A DNA stretch of 64,000 nucleotides, from the NCBI RefSeq assembly GCF_009914755.1, contig NC_060929.1; one strand, written 5' to 3'. The notes below the pieces were generated by a model. The model was given only the letters and a program-made list of their open reading frames with translations. It had not been told where the DNA came from and ran no database searches. The position numbers and the translations under genes are program-made. Source of the stretch: the human T2T-CHM13v2.0 reference genome, Homo sapiens. Position 1 is the first letter of the stretch; every line of letters starts with the position of its first letter. Below are positions 12,319 through 24,600 of the stretch, in pieces.

Positions 12319-12618
12319 GGCTGGGCACAGTGGCTCATGCCTGTAATCCCAGCACTTTGGGAGGCCGAGGCAGGCGGACCACAAGGTCAGGAGTTCGAGA
12401 CTAGCTTGGCCAATATGGTGAAACCCCGTCTCTACTAAAAATACAAAAATTAGCTGGGCATGGTGGCAGGCACCTGTAGTCCCAGCTACTCAGGAGACCG
12501 AGGAAGGAGAATCACTTGAACCCAGGAGGCAGAGGTGGCAGTGAGCCAAGATCATGCTGCTGCACTCCAGCCTGGGTGATAGAGTAAGACTCTGTCTCAA
12601 AAAAAAAAAAAAAAAAAA
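12319..12618 (+). mobile_element. AluS (AluSg-like), full length
   Basis: Dimeric Alu with the cacaaggtcaggagttcgagac diagnostic and a 20-nt poly(A) tail; no clean TSD. Confidence 0.95.
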
Positions 12619-15600
12619 TACATGGCATGAAATTGAACAGTCTTGCATTATGTTATTCTGAAATAGAGAAAAATTATTAGAGCCTTTATTGAGCTATTCA
12701 AACCCTCAGTGAAATCTGAGTAACTAGACATTTTTACCTAATTGTCCTAAGGAGTAAAAAGGGACACTGTATGGAATTAATTAGGAAAATTAGCAAAAGA
12801 TATGAATTAATATTTTTATCCTGTATAGAGCTAATGTATGGAATAGAGGGTCAAATATTATAGTAGAAAAATAACAGAAGTATATATTTTATGATTATTA
12901 ATTATATTTTTCCCATAAGCATAAAAAATTATTCTATAAATCTCTCTTATAGGTAATCTGAAGCTATCAAAAGCAATAGCATATTAATTATCTACAATAG
13001 AGAATTTCCCTTACTCAATAATGTCACCTTGGAATGCATACCCATTGGTTATTGCATTATATGGAGCCCATGGCCAATTTATTTTGGAATTATCAGCTAC
13101 TGGCAACTAATTAAACAAGACACCTGGTGAGGGAGACCAAAGATTTGGCCATTCATGGGAGATCTTTGTCTTGTAATATTTTTCTTTAAGAGACACTTCT
13201 AACCCTCAGTCGGGAAGACCAGTATACTTCCCAGGGAACTGAAAGCTGTGTGTAAAATAACCTCTACTCAGCACGAGATAACATCTGTCTCCAGGTCAAA
13301 GAGAGGATATACTGTGTTGCAGGACACTAGTTCCTTTTTGTTCCCATTGGATTAAGATAAGGTCAGACACTTGGCTTCAAGCAACTGCTGCACAAGTCAC
13401 ATACCCCAAAGTTTGTACATGGCCTAGTGTCAATCAGCAGTCTGGAGGGCAAAAACTCTTTCCACGTAACAATGATGCTTCATTTTTAACTCATAGCTGA
13501 CGTCCTCCTTAAAGGCTATTATCACATCAAAAACTCTCAATATTTAACCATAGGGGATGGAGTAAACATAATCAGCATCTTTACCAAGGGCAAGGACTAC
13601 TAGGACTACCGTTTTATTGTGCTCATAACCTTAGTATGTTGATTTTCTATTAATTTGCTGATCATGTAGGGACTTTAGGTTCAGTGTATATATTTAAAAT
13701 TTGTAGAAATTGATTCTATAAAGACACAATGTCCTGTGACTGCTTTAATAGAATTAAAAGGCCTAAGCAGCCCTCCCCATACAATCTTTCTTTGTGTATC
13801 TGACTTCTGAAAAACATACTTTCTCTTTGTAGTGTTCAAGCAGTATCCTTGAGCTGGAAGCAAGAGTGAAGGTTAAATAAGAGAGGAAATCTTAAATAAA
13901 TCAGATACATTTCATTTTGCACCAAGAATTTTTCTGTCATACTTACCTCTATCAAAAATCTGCCTATCTTTATAGTTTACTTTTTACTTGGAGTAAAAAT
14001 TAGAGTTTGCAAATTGTAAATAGAGGGGGCCAAGATAATTTAGCACATTGTTTTATCACTGTCAACCCAGTGGTTTTCAAAACCGAATTCCACATATTTC
14101 GAGAAAGTCATTATTGCCTGGCAGTGTTTATAGAGCAGAGTGGAGCAAGCCTGCCTCCACCAGAGGTCAGAGAAAGAAACAGAATGACCCAGGGAAGGAC
14201 TCTCACAAACAGAGAGTGACCTGTTTGTGATTAAACCCCAAAAAAGATAATTGAGTTAGGATAGTGGCCAGAGTGGAGGAAATAAGGTGCACACTTAGAG
14301 TTCAGTCATATTTCCTGAACCTTTTAATCCCCCCACCTACCCAGAGGACGCCACAATTAATAGCTGCTCTTTTACATCAAGGCATAAATGCTCTTTCTTC
14401 AATGCAGTCATTAAAGATGGAAGAAGGTGAGGATCCTGTTTAGTGATGCCAGGATGTACTTCTGTTTATTTCTTTGTACTTGGGGACAAAAAAAGGCAAG
14501 GGGAGTTTACTCTGGATTTCAACATATGTCAAAATCGAGGCAAAAATTTTCAGCAGCTGAAGTCAATCAGTTTCTGGAAAGTGCTAAGCAACCATACCAA
14601 GGGCTCCCAACTAACATTACCTCTGAATGTGCATGACCAGGCATATTTCAATATGCTCTGCCAGGTGGTGTTAGGAATGCGAGCAATATGCAGCTCACTT
14701 TACTTGCTGACTGGCTTAAAAAGAGAAAATTAAATACATTTCTCATAAGGATATTTTGCGGAATTTTTCCACATCATTAAATAAAATGTAGCCCTGGTTT
14801 AAAGGCATTTCCTGAGAGAAAACATTTCTTAATCTAAACTAACTGAACTATGTGAAACCGTCTGCCTGTATACACCATAATATTTTTTCCTGATTACATG
14901 GAATGGGTCTCCTATCATCCTGCAAGCTTACCCATATCACTGAATTGTTTCACAGCCATCCGAAAAAATTGACTGCAAACTTTTTAAAGCGGTTCTTGGG
15001 AAATGGGTGGTTATTCAATTTTCTCCTCACAGTTACAAAAGACTGGATGGTATCGAAGGTGACATTTCTGAAATAATTAAGAAAAATAATGACATGCTTT
15101 CTTCAGCTAGGTACATACTTCCTTCACAACTTCAACATAACAAGCTATAACACTGCTTCCTTATTGCTAGAGAAAGGAAGATAAACTCAAATATGACAGA
15201 CAGAAAGTAGCAAATGCTATAAAGAAGTACAGAATCAAATTTAAAGCTTTCTTGTTTGCCGTTGCAATGCATATTTTCACCTTCTTCCCAAGGAAGGGAT
15301 GGCACATCCCCAGCGACAGCTTAAATCCATTCAGAGTTAGGCTTTCCAATGCCCATTTAACTATTTTAGAATTCCAGTGAGGTGAATTACCATTCCTGAC
15401 TTCATGAGTTCATGGTTCCTGCCTAGGGACTGAGGTGCTGTACAAGGCTTATGTTTCTTTTTGGTTTTCCATTGGAATAGCCACATGAGGTGTTCTGATT
15501 TTTCAACACACTCTCTTGGCCTCTTTGTCTCAGTCAGAAATTTTCTATTAAAAAGAAAGGGGAAAAAAAATGCTCCTTACAAGAAGATACCAAATATCTT

Positions 15601-17192
15601 CTGTTCAATCCCAGGAGCCCTCTAGCCAATTTGAAAGTCAACATCAGACAGAGAGGTAATGCTTTTTTGTTTTGTTTCAATCTGAACTCTCACAGTTGTT
15701 CAAATTGAATCAAGAAGCGAGAGTTTCAAACTAAGTAGTGAACTAAAATAAAACTGGGAGACATCCGTTTTACAAGGTTGTATGGGAGAACTGCTGAGTA
15801 CACCCTGAGAGAAAAATAAAGGAGGGGTAACCTTTCTACAAGAGGTTATGGCTTCACAACGATCCACAAAGCAATGTGTAGGAAGAGAATGTACACACCT
15901 CCTACACAGCATAATCCACGTTGTTGTAATATGGCTTGGTGAAATATTTTAGCGCTGGGGTTTTTGAAAGAACTCTGTGAGTGAGATGCCCTCTGAAATA
16001 AAAACAAAGTCAGGTTCCAAGAATCTTAGTGATTCTTGTTCCCATCTGGCAACACTGACACATGTGCATGAGTGCGCACGTGCACACACATACACAGCAG
16101 ATGAGCCATAGAAACACAGGTGCTGTATCTAACAAGAAACATAGGACAATTTTCTCTTTGGGATGCTGGATCAAATTCCAGTTCTCCTAACTAGGTTAGG
16201 ACTTTGTCCCTGCTCTGGGCATTGCCTTGTGGCAGAGAATAACCTCCTGTTCCATTCCTATTCCCTGAAAAAATAAAACTTTCAAGAAGAAAGAATGTCC
16301 TATTGTTGGAGCAGAATTATTCCCCCAGCTTCTCAAAGAGGAGGTATTTTTTTGCATCTGGGAAGAGGTTGTGTCCAGAGGGGCTTCTTAGTTTTACAGC
16401 TGGGTCCACTCAAACCAGTCCGACAAGCCAGCATTACATAGAGGAGCCCAGCCAAACACAGGCACTTCAATCACGCTCAATTCACTTGGGTTCTGGTAAG
16501 TGAAATGAAACCCCAAAGCTTGGCTTTTTATTTTTCTTAGGGCAAAGTCCATTTAGAATTGATATAATCACTTGCTATGGTTACATATGCCACATTTATT
16601 TTTAAATAGCTCTACATCCCAAGGGCTCCTGATTTCCATCCACACGACAGGTAGGAAGACGGCAGAAAAATAATTTTCAACACAGTTTACATTTTACTAG
16701 GCTCAAAAAAAGCACATCTGGAGATGCATACCTTCGTTGGGAAGGAGCTGGGAAGCTTGCTAAGTATGCCCAGCATTTTGTATCTTGCAAAAGGGGGCCC
16801 AGCTGAGGGCATAACTGGGGGATGAAATCCATGCCAATCTTCTGGCCAAGCAATGCATCCTGTCGTGGGGTTTGCAAGTGCCTAGAGAAAGAGGTCTTTT
16901 TCCCTATTCTGTGTGAATATGTCATCCACTTGCAACCCTTGTGCGTGTGGGGCTGCATCCACAAGTCTCCTGATGTAACGGTGACTCTGATTAAGAAGTC
17001 TTCCATCTGCTCTTGAATCCCAGGTGGAGGTGGATCTGTTGAAGAATGCTTATCTGTTGAGACACAGCTCAGGTGCCAGACTTTCCTAAAGCCTAGCTAA
17101 GTTGCCGAGAAATGTTAAGATACGAGCTCTCAAGTCTGTTTGTTCTTCTTCCTAGCTAAATAGTATTTTTTGCTTCTCCAAAGGCAGTTTAC

Positions 17193-17213
17193 TTTTTTTT
17201 TTTTTTTTTTTTT
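17193..17213 (+). repeat. Poly(T)21 tract
   Basis: Uninterrupted T run with no attached SINE body. Confidence 0.9.
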
Positions 17214-17344
17214 GCCTGTTACCTAACTTTGGTGCTTTCCTTTTCTCCCTTATCAGTCCCTTGCAGCCAGGGTCTGGGTCCCACTCATCTTTGAATGCTA
17301 AACCTCATCCAGCTGAGTCTTGCTAGTTAATGTTTTATCTAATT

Positions 17345-17680
17345 CAGAGATTGCAAACTGTGGCCTACAGACTGATCTGGCTGGTCGCGTATCATTGTCC
17401 CAAAGACAGTTTAACAAATTGTGAATTGGGTTTTTTGTTTTGCATACATACTCATGTTTACAAATGAAGAGATTCCACGTGAAAAATCTGCATTTCTACT
17501 TTCTTTGGAAAAATTGGAAGTGCTGGCAATACTAGGCTTGCTTTCTCTCATGATAGCAATCAATCAGAGGAGGGTATCTGCTGCCTCTTTTTACCTGGTG
17601 TGTTCTTCGGGTCACAGAATCAACATCGTGCCCTATTCCTTCTTGTGATCATCTACCTTGCTCCTCTAGGTATTTGGCTT
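17345..17680 (-). mobile_element. MER102 hAT-Charlie DNA transposon
   Basis: cagagattgcaaactgtggcc..gagattccacgtgaaaaatctgcatttc..ggaaaaattggaagtgctggcaatactagg. Confidence 0.8.
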
Positions 17681-18175
17681 AATTGAATAGGAGTCCATTA
17701 GCGTATATGATCCAATAATTTCCCTAACATTCAATTACTAGATCCCTTGCTGTAGCACAGAGTTTGTCAACATTTTTTCTGTCTTATCATCCATGGTAGA
17801 TGGCTTTCACATATGCAACCACTCCCAAGGGTTCTGTCAGGGTTATTCTAGCTGTAACCAGACAGTGAGATGGTTGCTATAGCCAACAAAACTCTCTCTT
17901 AGAAAAAGGAAAGCAAATACTTTGCAGGCTTCAGAGAAACTATTACTGGTAACAAATTTCTTGTGACATCTCACAACTGATCATGACACATATGCGGAGT
18001 GAGTGCAGTTGAGAACGGTTCTTGTAGCTGAAAAAGGAAAAGCATAAATAAGTTTAGAGAATTGTGTTTCTAAAGCATGACAGGAAAGAAGCATCAATAG
18101 GACCTCCAAGTGAATAATTTTAGGTCAGGGTAAATACTAGGTTTACTAACTTCAATTCGATTTTCTACGCACATA

Positions 18176-19415
18176 CAGGTATACCTCAGAGATATCGTGA
18201 GTTCAGTTCCAGACCACCAAAATAAAATGAATATCGCAATAAAGTGAGTCACACAAATTTTTTGGTTTCTCAGTGCATGTGAAAGTTACATTTACACTGT
18301 ACTGTAGTCTATTAAGTGTGCAATAGCATTATGTCTTTTAAAAATGTACATACCTTAATTTTAAAAATACCGCTAAAATTGCTAGCAATTATCTGAGCCT
18401 TTGGCAATATGTAATCTTTTTGTTACTGGAGGATCTTGCCTCAATATTGATGGCTGCTGATAGATCAGGGAGGTGGTTCCTGAAGGTTGGGGGTGGCTGT
18501 GGCAATTTCTTAAAATAAGACAGCGATGAAGTTTGCCACATTGACTCTTCTGTTCATGAAAGATTTCTCTGCAGCATGTGATGCCAATTGATAGCATTTT
18601 ACCCACAGTAAAACTTCTTTCAAAATTGGAGTCAGTTCTGTCAAACACTACCACTGCTTTATCAACTGTTTGTGTAATATTCTAAGTCCTTAGCTGTCCT
18701 TTCAACAATGTTTACAGCATCTTCACCAGGAGTAGATTCCATCTCAAGAAACCACTTTCTTTACTCATCTGTAAGAAGCAACTCCTCATGTGTTGACATT
18801 TTATAATGAAATTGCAGCAATTCAGTCCCATCTTCAGGCTCCACTTCTAATTGTAGTTCTCTTGCTATTTCCACCATATCTGCAGTTACTTCCTCCACCA
18901 AAGTATTGAACCCCTCGAAGTTATTCATGAGGGTTGGAATCAACTTCTAAATATTAATGTTAATATTTAGACTTTTCCCCTTGAATCACAAATATGCTTA
19001 ATGGCATCTAGAACAGTTAATCCTTTCCAGAGGTTTTCAATTTACTTTGCCCGGATCAAAGAAATCACCATCTATGGCAGCTATAGCCTTACCAAATGTA
19101 TTTTTTAAACAATAAGACTCGAAAGTTGAAACTACTCCTTGATCCATGGGTACAGAATGAATGTTGTGTTAGCAGGCATGAAAATAACAACCTCTTTATA
19201 TAACTTCATCAAAGCTCTTGGGCAACTAGGTACATTTTCGATGAGCTGTAATATTTTGAAAGGAATCTTTTTTCCAAGCAGTAGGTCTTACCAGTGGGCT
19301 TAAAATATTCAGTAAATTGCTATAAACAGGTATGCTGTCATCCAGGCTTTGTTATTCCATTTATAGAAAACAGGCAGAGTAGATTTAGCATTATTCTTAA
19401 GGGCCCCAGGATTTT
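18176..19415 (-). mobile_element. Tigger1 (TcMar-Tigger) 3' portion with one TIR; degraded transposase C-terminus
   Basis: TA|caggtatacctcagagatat TIR at 18176. ORF 18761-18943 reads VEEVTADMVEIARELQLEVEPEDGTELLQ, which is Tigger1/TIGD1-like, and is broken by stops and frameshifts. Confidence 0.93.
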
Positions 19416-22059
19416 TATCTCTAAGAGAGTTTTAAAAACCAATAGATTCTCTCAGACATTCTTCTTGAATTTGCACTAGGATTAGCATCTTAGATTAATA
19501 ATCTGTACCAAGAACCTCACCTGGAGATTCTCAGGACTCTTGGGCATGTTTCAAGAGAGGTGGGGGAAGCCGAGAGTTCAGCAGCAATAGAGAGGCAGAA
19601 GCAGTAGGTCTGGAGCAGGGGTTATAAAACCAGATGAAGAATTGCCAGGGAGCCTGGGGGTGCTGGGTCCTGGGTGCTTGGTGCTGTCTTAGGGAAAAAG
19701 ACCCAGGAGATGAGCTTTTGAAAAAGGAAAATAGAGTAGGGGTGAAATCTACAGGGGTTTATTACTTCATAGGTTCTCCCCAAAGTTGTCTTTGTTATTG
19801 ATTTTGAAATTCACCAGTGTTATAACAGTTCACTTAAAGCATAGTTGACAGATTGCATGAGAAGCCAGCCTTCACCTGTGGGGCAAGTGCAACGTCAGAT
19901 GCTAGCCATTGTTTTGGTCTTGATCACCAATCTGTTTTTCAGGATTTTAAATACAATGACTGGCATTTTGCTTGAGAGGAATAGAGTCATCTTAGGGAAA
20001 ATATTGAACATCTAATGTTTTTAAGAATTACATTTTTAACAGGCAAAGTAAATGGATCAAGTGGTTCATCTTTTTTGTAGGCTGGATTATTTACAGGTTA
20101 TGCTGAGAAAATTAAGGTATCAAGAATTAAGAATTTATTACTCTGGTTTCTTCAGAGTCAAAGTAGAATTTTGAAAGAAAAAAGGGATTTCAGGGGCTTC
20201 TAAAAAATGTGGTATAGGCTAATGGTTTTAGTCATAGCTCTTTAAAATGTCTTTACCACCTCTCAGAGGGACTTAAATTTCAGCTGTCTGAGCTTGACTA
20301 ATTATTGAGGTAGAGTTAAAAGTTGTTCGGTGCTCAGAGAGGACAGGGGAAATAAAAGCAGCGAACCACAAAACTATGTCAGGAAAGTTTACTTTTCATG
20401 GTCATTGAATTAACGAAGGAACAAGCCAGCTCCGGCCCATCTCTGTCTGTCTTCGCGTCACCCTGGGCCTCCCTGCCACAAAGGGAGACATATTTGTCAG
20501 ACCCAGACACTTTTGAACAACAGAATGCTCCTTTATTAGAATAAAAGGTTGGAAATTTCTAATTCTCACTTTCTATCCACTTGCTTGAAATGTGTCAATT
20601 ATGTTTCTGGGGTGTCCTTCAATAGATATAAGGATGAGAAGGCATAGGGCAGAGAACACAATGCCTCCCTTTTTTCCCTGTGTGGAAATGGAGGGTGAGC
20701 AGAGTGACTTGCAGGTGGCCCTCTCTGCAGCTGAAAGGAATGCAAGAATTTTGAAAAAAGAGTACTATTTTTTTTTAATTGCAAAAAAGAATGAGACAAA
20801 AATGCTAATAGTTGCAGCTAGAAAATATGCCTGGGAGAATGGCCTTTATCATTTGCGTTTGAAGTAGGGGTTGAGAAAAAGATGAAGTCCGGGAGAAAAC
20901 CGAAAGGCCGATCAGGCTCTATGGGCACCAAGATACGAGAGACGCCTGAGGGAAAAACTTTTCTATAAAGCCATTTCAAACTTGCTTAGTTATTTGGTAA
21001 GAGTAATTTACATGGTATTCTAAATGGTATATCCCTGTTTCATCTCCAGACAAGAATTCAAGCGATGTTTATAAAGATCCCAGCCTCTGTTTAGGGATGT
21101 CTAAATACATTCTGGTAATTAGCTTAACTTTGATCCAATGCAGTTCTTTCTCTTAGTAACATAAATAAATCAGTGAAAAGTTCTGGAACACTCTCCCTTT
21201 TGAGATCTCTGCCTATTAATATAAAACTCAGTTATTTCTATGAATATGGTTAGTTTGATGTTCACTTTTTTAAAAATCTGATGTCTGGTTGTCCTGTTAA
21301 TAAATACTATTTAACATCTATTTATAAGAGTTCCAAGTGAAAAACTGTGTAATTAATGCAATGCCTATTGTTTCCTCATAAAACAAAACATGAAAAATGT
21401 TCCATATGAGAATATCCACACTTGGACAATGTTCTCATCATAATCTGCATCCCAGATTCTCACTTTCTTGTCAGAAATACTTGATCACATGGCAAAAGCA
21501 ATAGAAGGGACAGTGTTCACCTTCCATACCAGTGAATGACTTATGTTCAACATTTTGTGTGTGTCATTTTTATGCATTCCTCTACCATAGAATCCAGAAA
21601 GAAAAGAATGAGGTAGAATTACCATTTAGCTGAAAAGTATCCCAGGCTAGTAAATATCAGACATACTGTCTACCTGCTCTGGTCCCCGTTTCCTGGCATC
21701 TCCTCAGTTGTGTTGTCTGAGAAATTGGCTGGCCTCAGATCAGACTCGGAGATATAAAAATAAGTATGATTCCTTTTATTATAAAGAGAGAAATAAATGG
21801 ACATTTAATTATTTGATCTGAACATATTAATGTACAACATAGTCTCATAACAACAACTGATATCTTTTTGTAAAAAGATTTTGATATGCTATTTTAATCT
21901 GTATAATTATGAGTAAGAAGTTCCAGAACAGCATTCTCCCATAAAATAGCACTGACCCAAAGATAATAAACATAATGTACTTTAAGGGGGCTGGACATTA
22001 TAGAGCAGTCAAGGAAAGGAAGGCTCAAACAAGCCAATCTATTCTCATTCTGAAATTAG

Positions 22060-22400
22060 ACATTTTAACATAATTTTAAAATATAACTGTTTCTGAATTT
22101 AATAACCCATAAATATATAAAGAAAAAATATTGCTTGTATCTCCCCACTTAGAGATCATCACAAACATTGTGAATGATTCCTTTTCAGACTTTTAATATG
22201 CACATAAAATACCACTTTTTGCAAAACTGAGATCCTGCTGTATACATAATATTGTACCCTGACTTTTTATTTAAAGTTAAGTTTATTCTCCCATGTCATC
22301 TTATGTTATTTAAAAATAAACATTAGCTTCTTGTAAATGAAAATTACATGTTGATGTGTTGAAAAAAAAATCAATACACTGTGAAATGTGATGTGATGGA
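22060..22400 (-). mobile_element. Old L1ME-type 3' UTR fragment
   Basis: ccccacttagagatcatcacaaacatt..aaaactgagatcctgctgtatacataatattgtaccctgactttt. Confidence 0.5.
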
Positions 22401-22832
22401 AAGGAATTCTCTCTTCTCTTATTGCAGACCTCAGTTTTATTTCCTGGGATTGAATAACCATGGCCAACAGTTTCTTATAGACAACAGTTTTCATTGAAGT
22501 CATATCATACTATTGCAGTGAGCGAAACATCCCACAGAATTTTTGTGAATGAAAAAGGAAAAGTTCCCATGCTGTTCGTTTAAGAAAATGTGAAAGTTCA
22601 CTGTTAATGTGAACAGTATTGTTTATGTGATTGTGCAGGTGAACAACCAAGGATCTGTACAGGTAAATGCAAACAGCTCTTCACAGTGTCACTAAAGTCA
22701 AAGGAGTTAGAATAGCCAGTGACACTGGCCTCTAACAAAGACTGTAGCATCCATGAGAAAGGCAAGGTATTGTCATGCTTAATAGAGGATATTGCACTCC
22801 ACAATTTTCCCCAGGTATGCTCTTGCATCTTG

Positions 22833-23130
22833 AAGGTTGCAAATTCAGGTGCCTACCTGGCTAGGAGAAGCAAGTGACTGAAGTGGGAAGGTGTGAGAAA
22901 TGAATAGGGGATGGTAGGAACCATGGTGAACAGGAAAGAATGTGTAATAGGGCAAGGGGGAAGTTGCTACTCAGACTGGTACATTATGGAAATGCAGTCC
23001 AGTATTATCCTTCTGATTTGTTAAAAAGAAAGAAAAGACCTAAATTTTTCTATGAATTTTGCCAATTTTTAGAGATCCGCTATTTATTTAAAAATTTAAC
23101 AACGCTGAACTGAAAAAACTTGTCTAGAGG
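22833..23130 (+). mobile_element. MER102 hAT-Charlie DNA transposon
   Basis: ggttgcaaattcaggtgcctac..gttgctactcag..ggaaatgcagtccagtatt..ttctgatttgttaaaaagaa. Confidence 0.7.
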
Positions 23131-24159
23131 CTGCCTTAGAGCATGACCTTATTTTCCTACCAAAAGGCCCCCTTATCAAGGGCAACCATTTCCTTAACTT
23201 TTCCTGCAAGCCCTGGCCTCACTGAGCTCTGCAACATACCTCCCTCTACTTATCTCCTTCCCCGTAGGAAGCCTGTGTGACAGAGCTGGCTGGCACAGAT
23301 GCTGACATTACATCACATCACAAGTTTCAGCATATCCAGAGCAAAGATGAGCAGGTGCTTGGAGCAGGGGTAGAACGGGGACAATCCTGCTCTTGCCGTA
23401 GACAGAAAGTGGTGCTTTGACCTCCTCGTCCTGTTGCTGTGATAATGTCGTGGGTCTCCCAGGACTGCAGGGATGAACAGGACCCATTGCTGCAGCCCCT
23501 ACCCAGGAGCTTTTCAGTGCAATGCTTGTGTCTATAACAGGAGAGCACTTAGGGTAGAAGTTACAGGTAAGAGATCTGAATATGGTACCATTGTCCGTTC
23601 TTAAAAATACACTTAATGCGATCTAAAACATTTTTCCCCACTCTAAGATATTCTTTCTGTAATCCAGTCCAACTCCCTTTATTTGTGTTAGCAGATCTGC
23701 CTTTGAGTGTCCCTGGGTGAGTTTACTTAGTTTCTTAAGAGGCAGAAAGAAAGCAGATTTAATTTTACATAAGTAGTGAAAGGCAAATACCATCAAGAAG
23801 CTCCAGGGGGGCAATTGTAGATGTTTTTCACAAGGGGAATTTGAGACTGTGCTATGTAAAAATGACAAAAGGTTGCTAGAAAGAGTCAACAAACCAGCTT
23901 AGAAGCTGGTGTACCACAAAAATGATGGCCACTTGGCATGGTATGGGTGGGACTAAAGGGCGCGGACCCCAGCGAGGACTGCAGGTCCTGTCTTTATGAT
24001 GGAGCAGACATCAGTTTACCCAAAAGGCTTACAACTCATGTCTTTGCTATCCTCCTACATAAAGGGGTGCCCTATTATTTGAATAGTAAAATATGGACTC
24101 AAAGCTGTAGATCTATTTTTCCTAGATATTTGCATTTCAAATTAATGGGATCTTTTTAA

Positions 24160-24600
24160 ATATTAATATTCTTCGACTTGGTAACACCACTTACAGGAAT
24201 TTATTCCAAGGAAAAAATTCTAAACAATAGCAAAAAATGGAAAACAAGTTAAATATCCAATAATGGTGAAATGCTTAAGTAAAGCACAGTTTATGATCTC
24301 AGTGAAATGTTATAGAACCATTGCAATGATTATAAAGATTGTGCAATAACAGAGAAAATACTTATGCTAAAATGTCAGAAAAGCAAGACACAAATTTCCA
24401 AATAAGCATGATTATATATTATGCAAGCCAGCCAGCCAGCAAGTAAAAAATCTTTTGTATAGGAAATATAAGATTAGGGGAAAATTCACTGAAAAGTTAA
24501 TGGTAGCTCTGTCTGGATGCTACCAGCTTTTTCCTTTTTTCCTTAATTTTCTGCATTTTCTTAAATGAGCATGTTTTACTTTTATAATGAAAAAAGTATA
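24160..24600 (+). mobile_element. Old L1ME-type 3' fragment
   Basis: gtaacaccacttacaggaatttattccaaggaaa..aatagcaaaaaatggaaaacaa..atgagcatgttttacttttataatgaaaaa. Confidence 0.7.

Noticed and set aside
18382-18943. TIGD1-like transposase gene
   Set aside because: Fragmented ORFs in a truncated Tigger1 copy lacking the N-terminal part and the second TIR.
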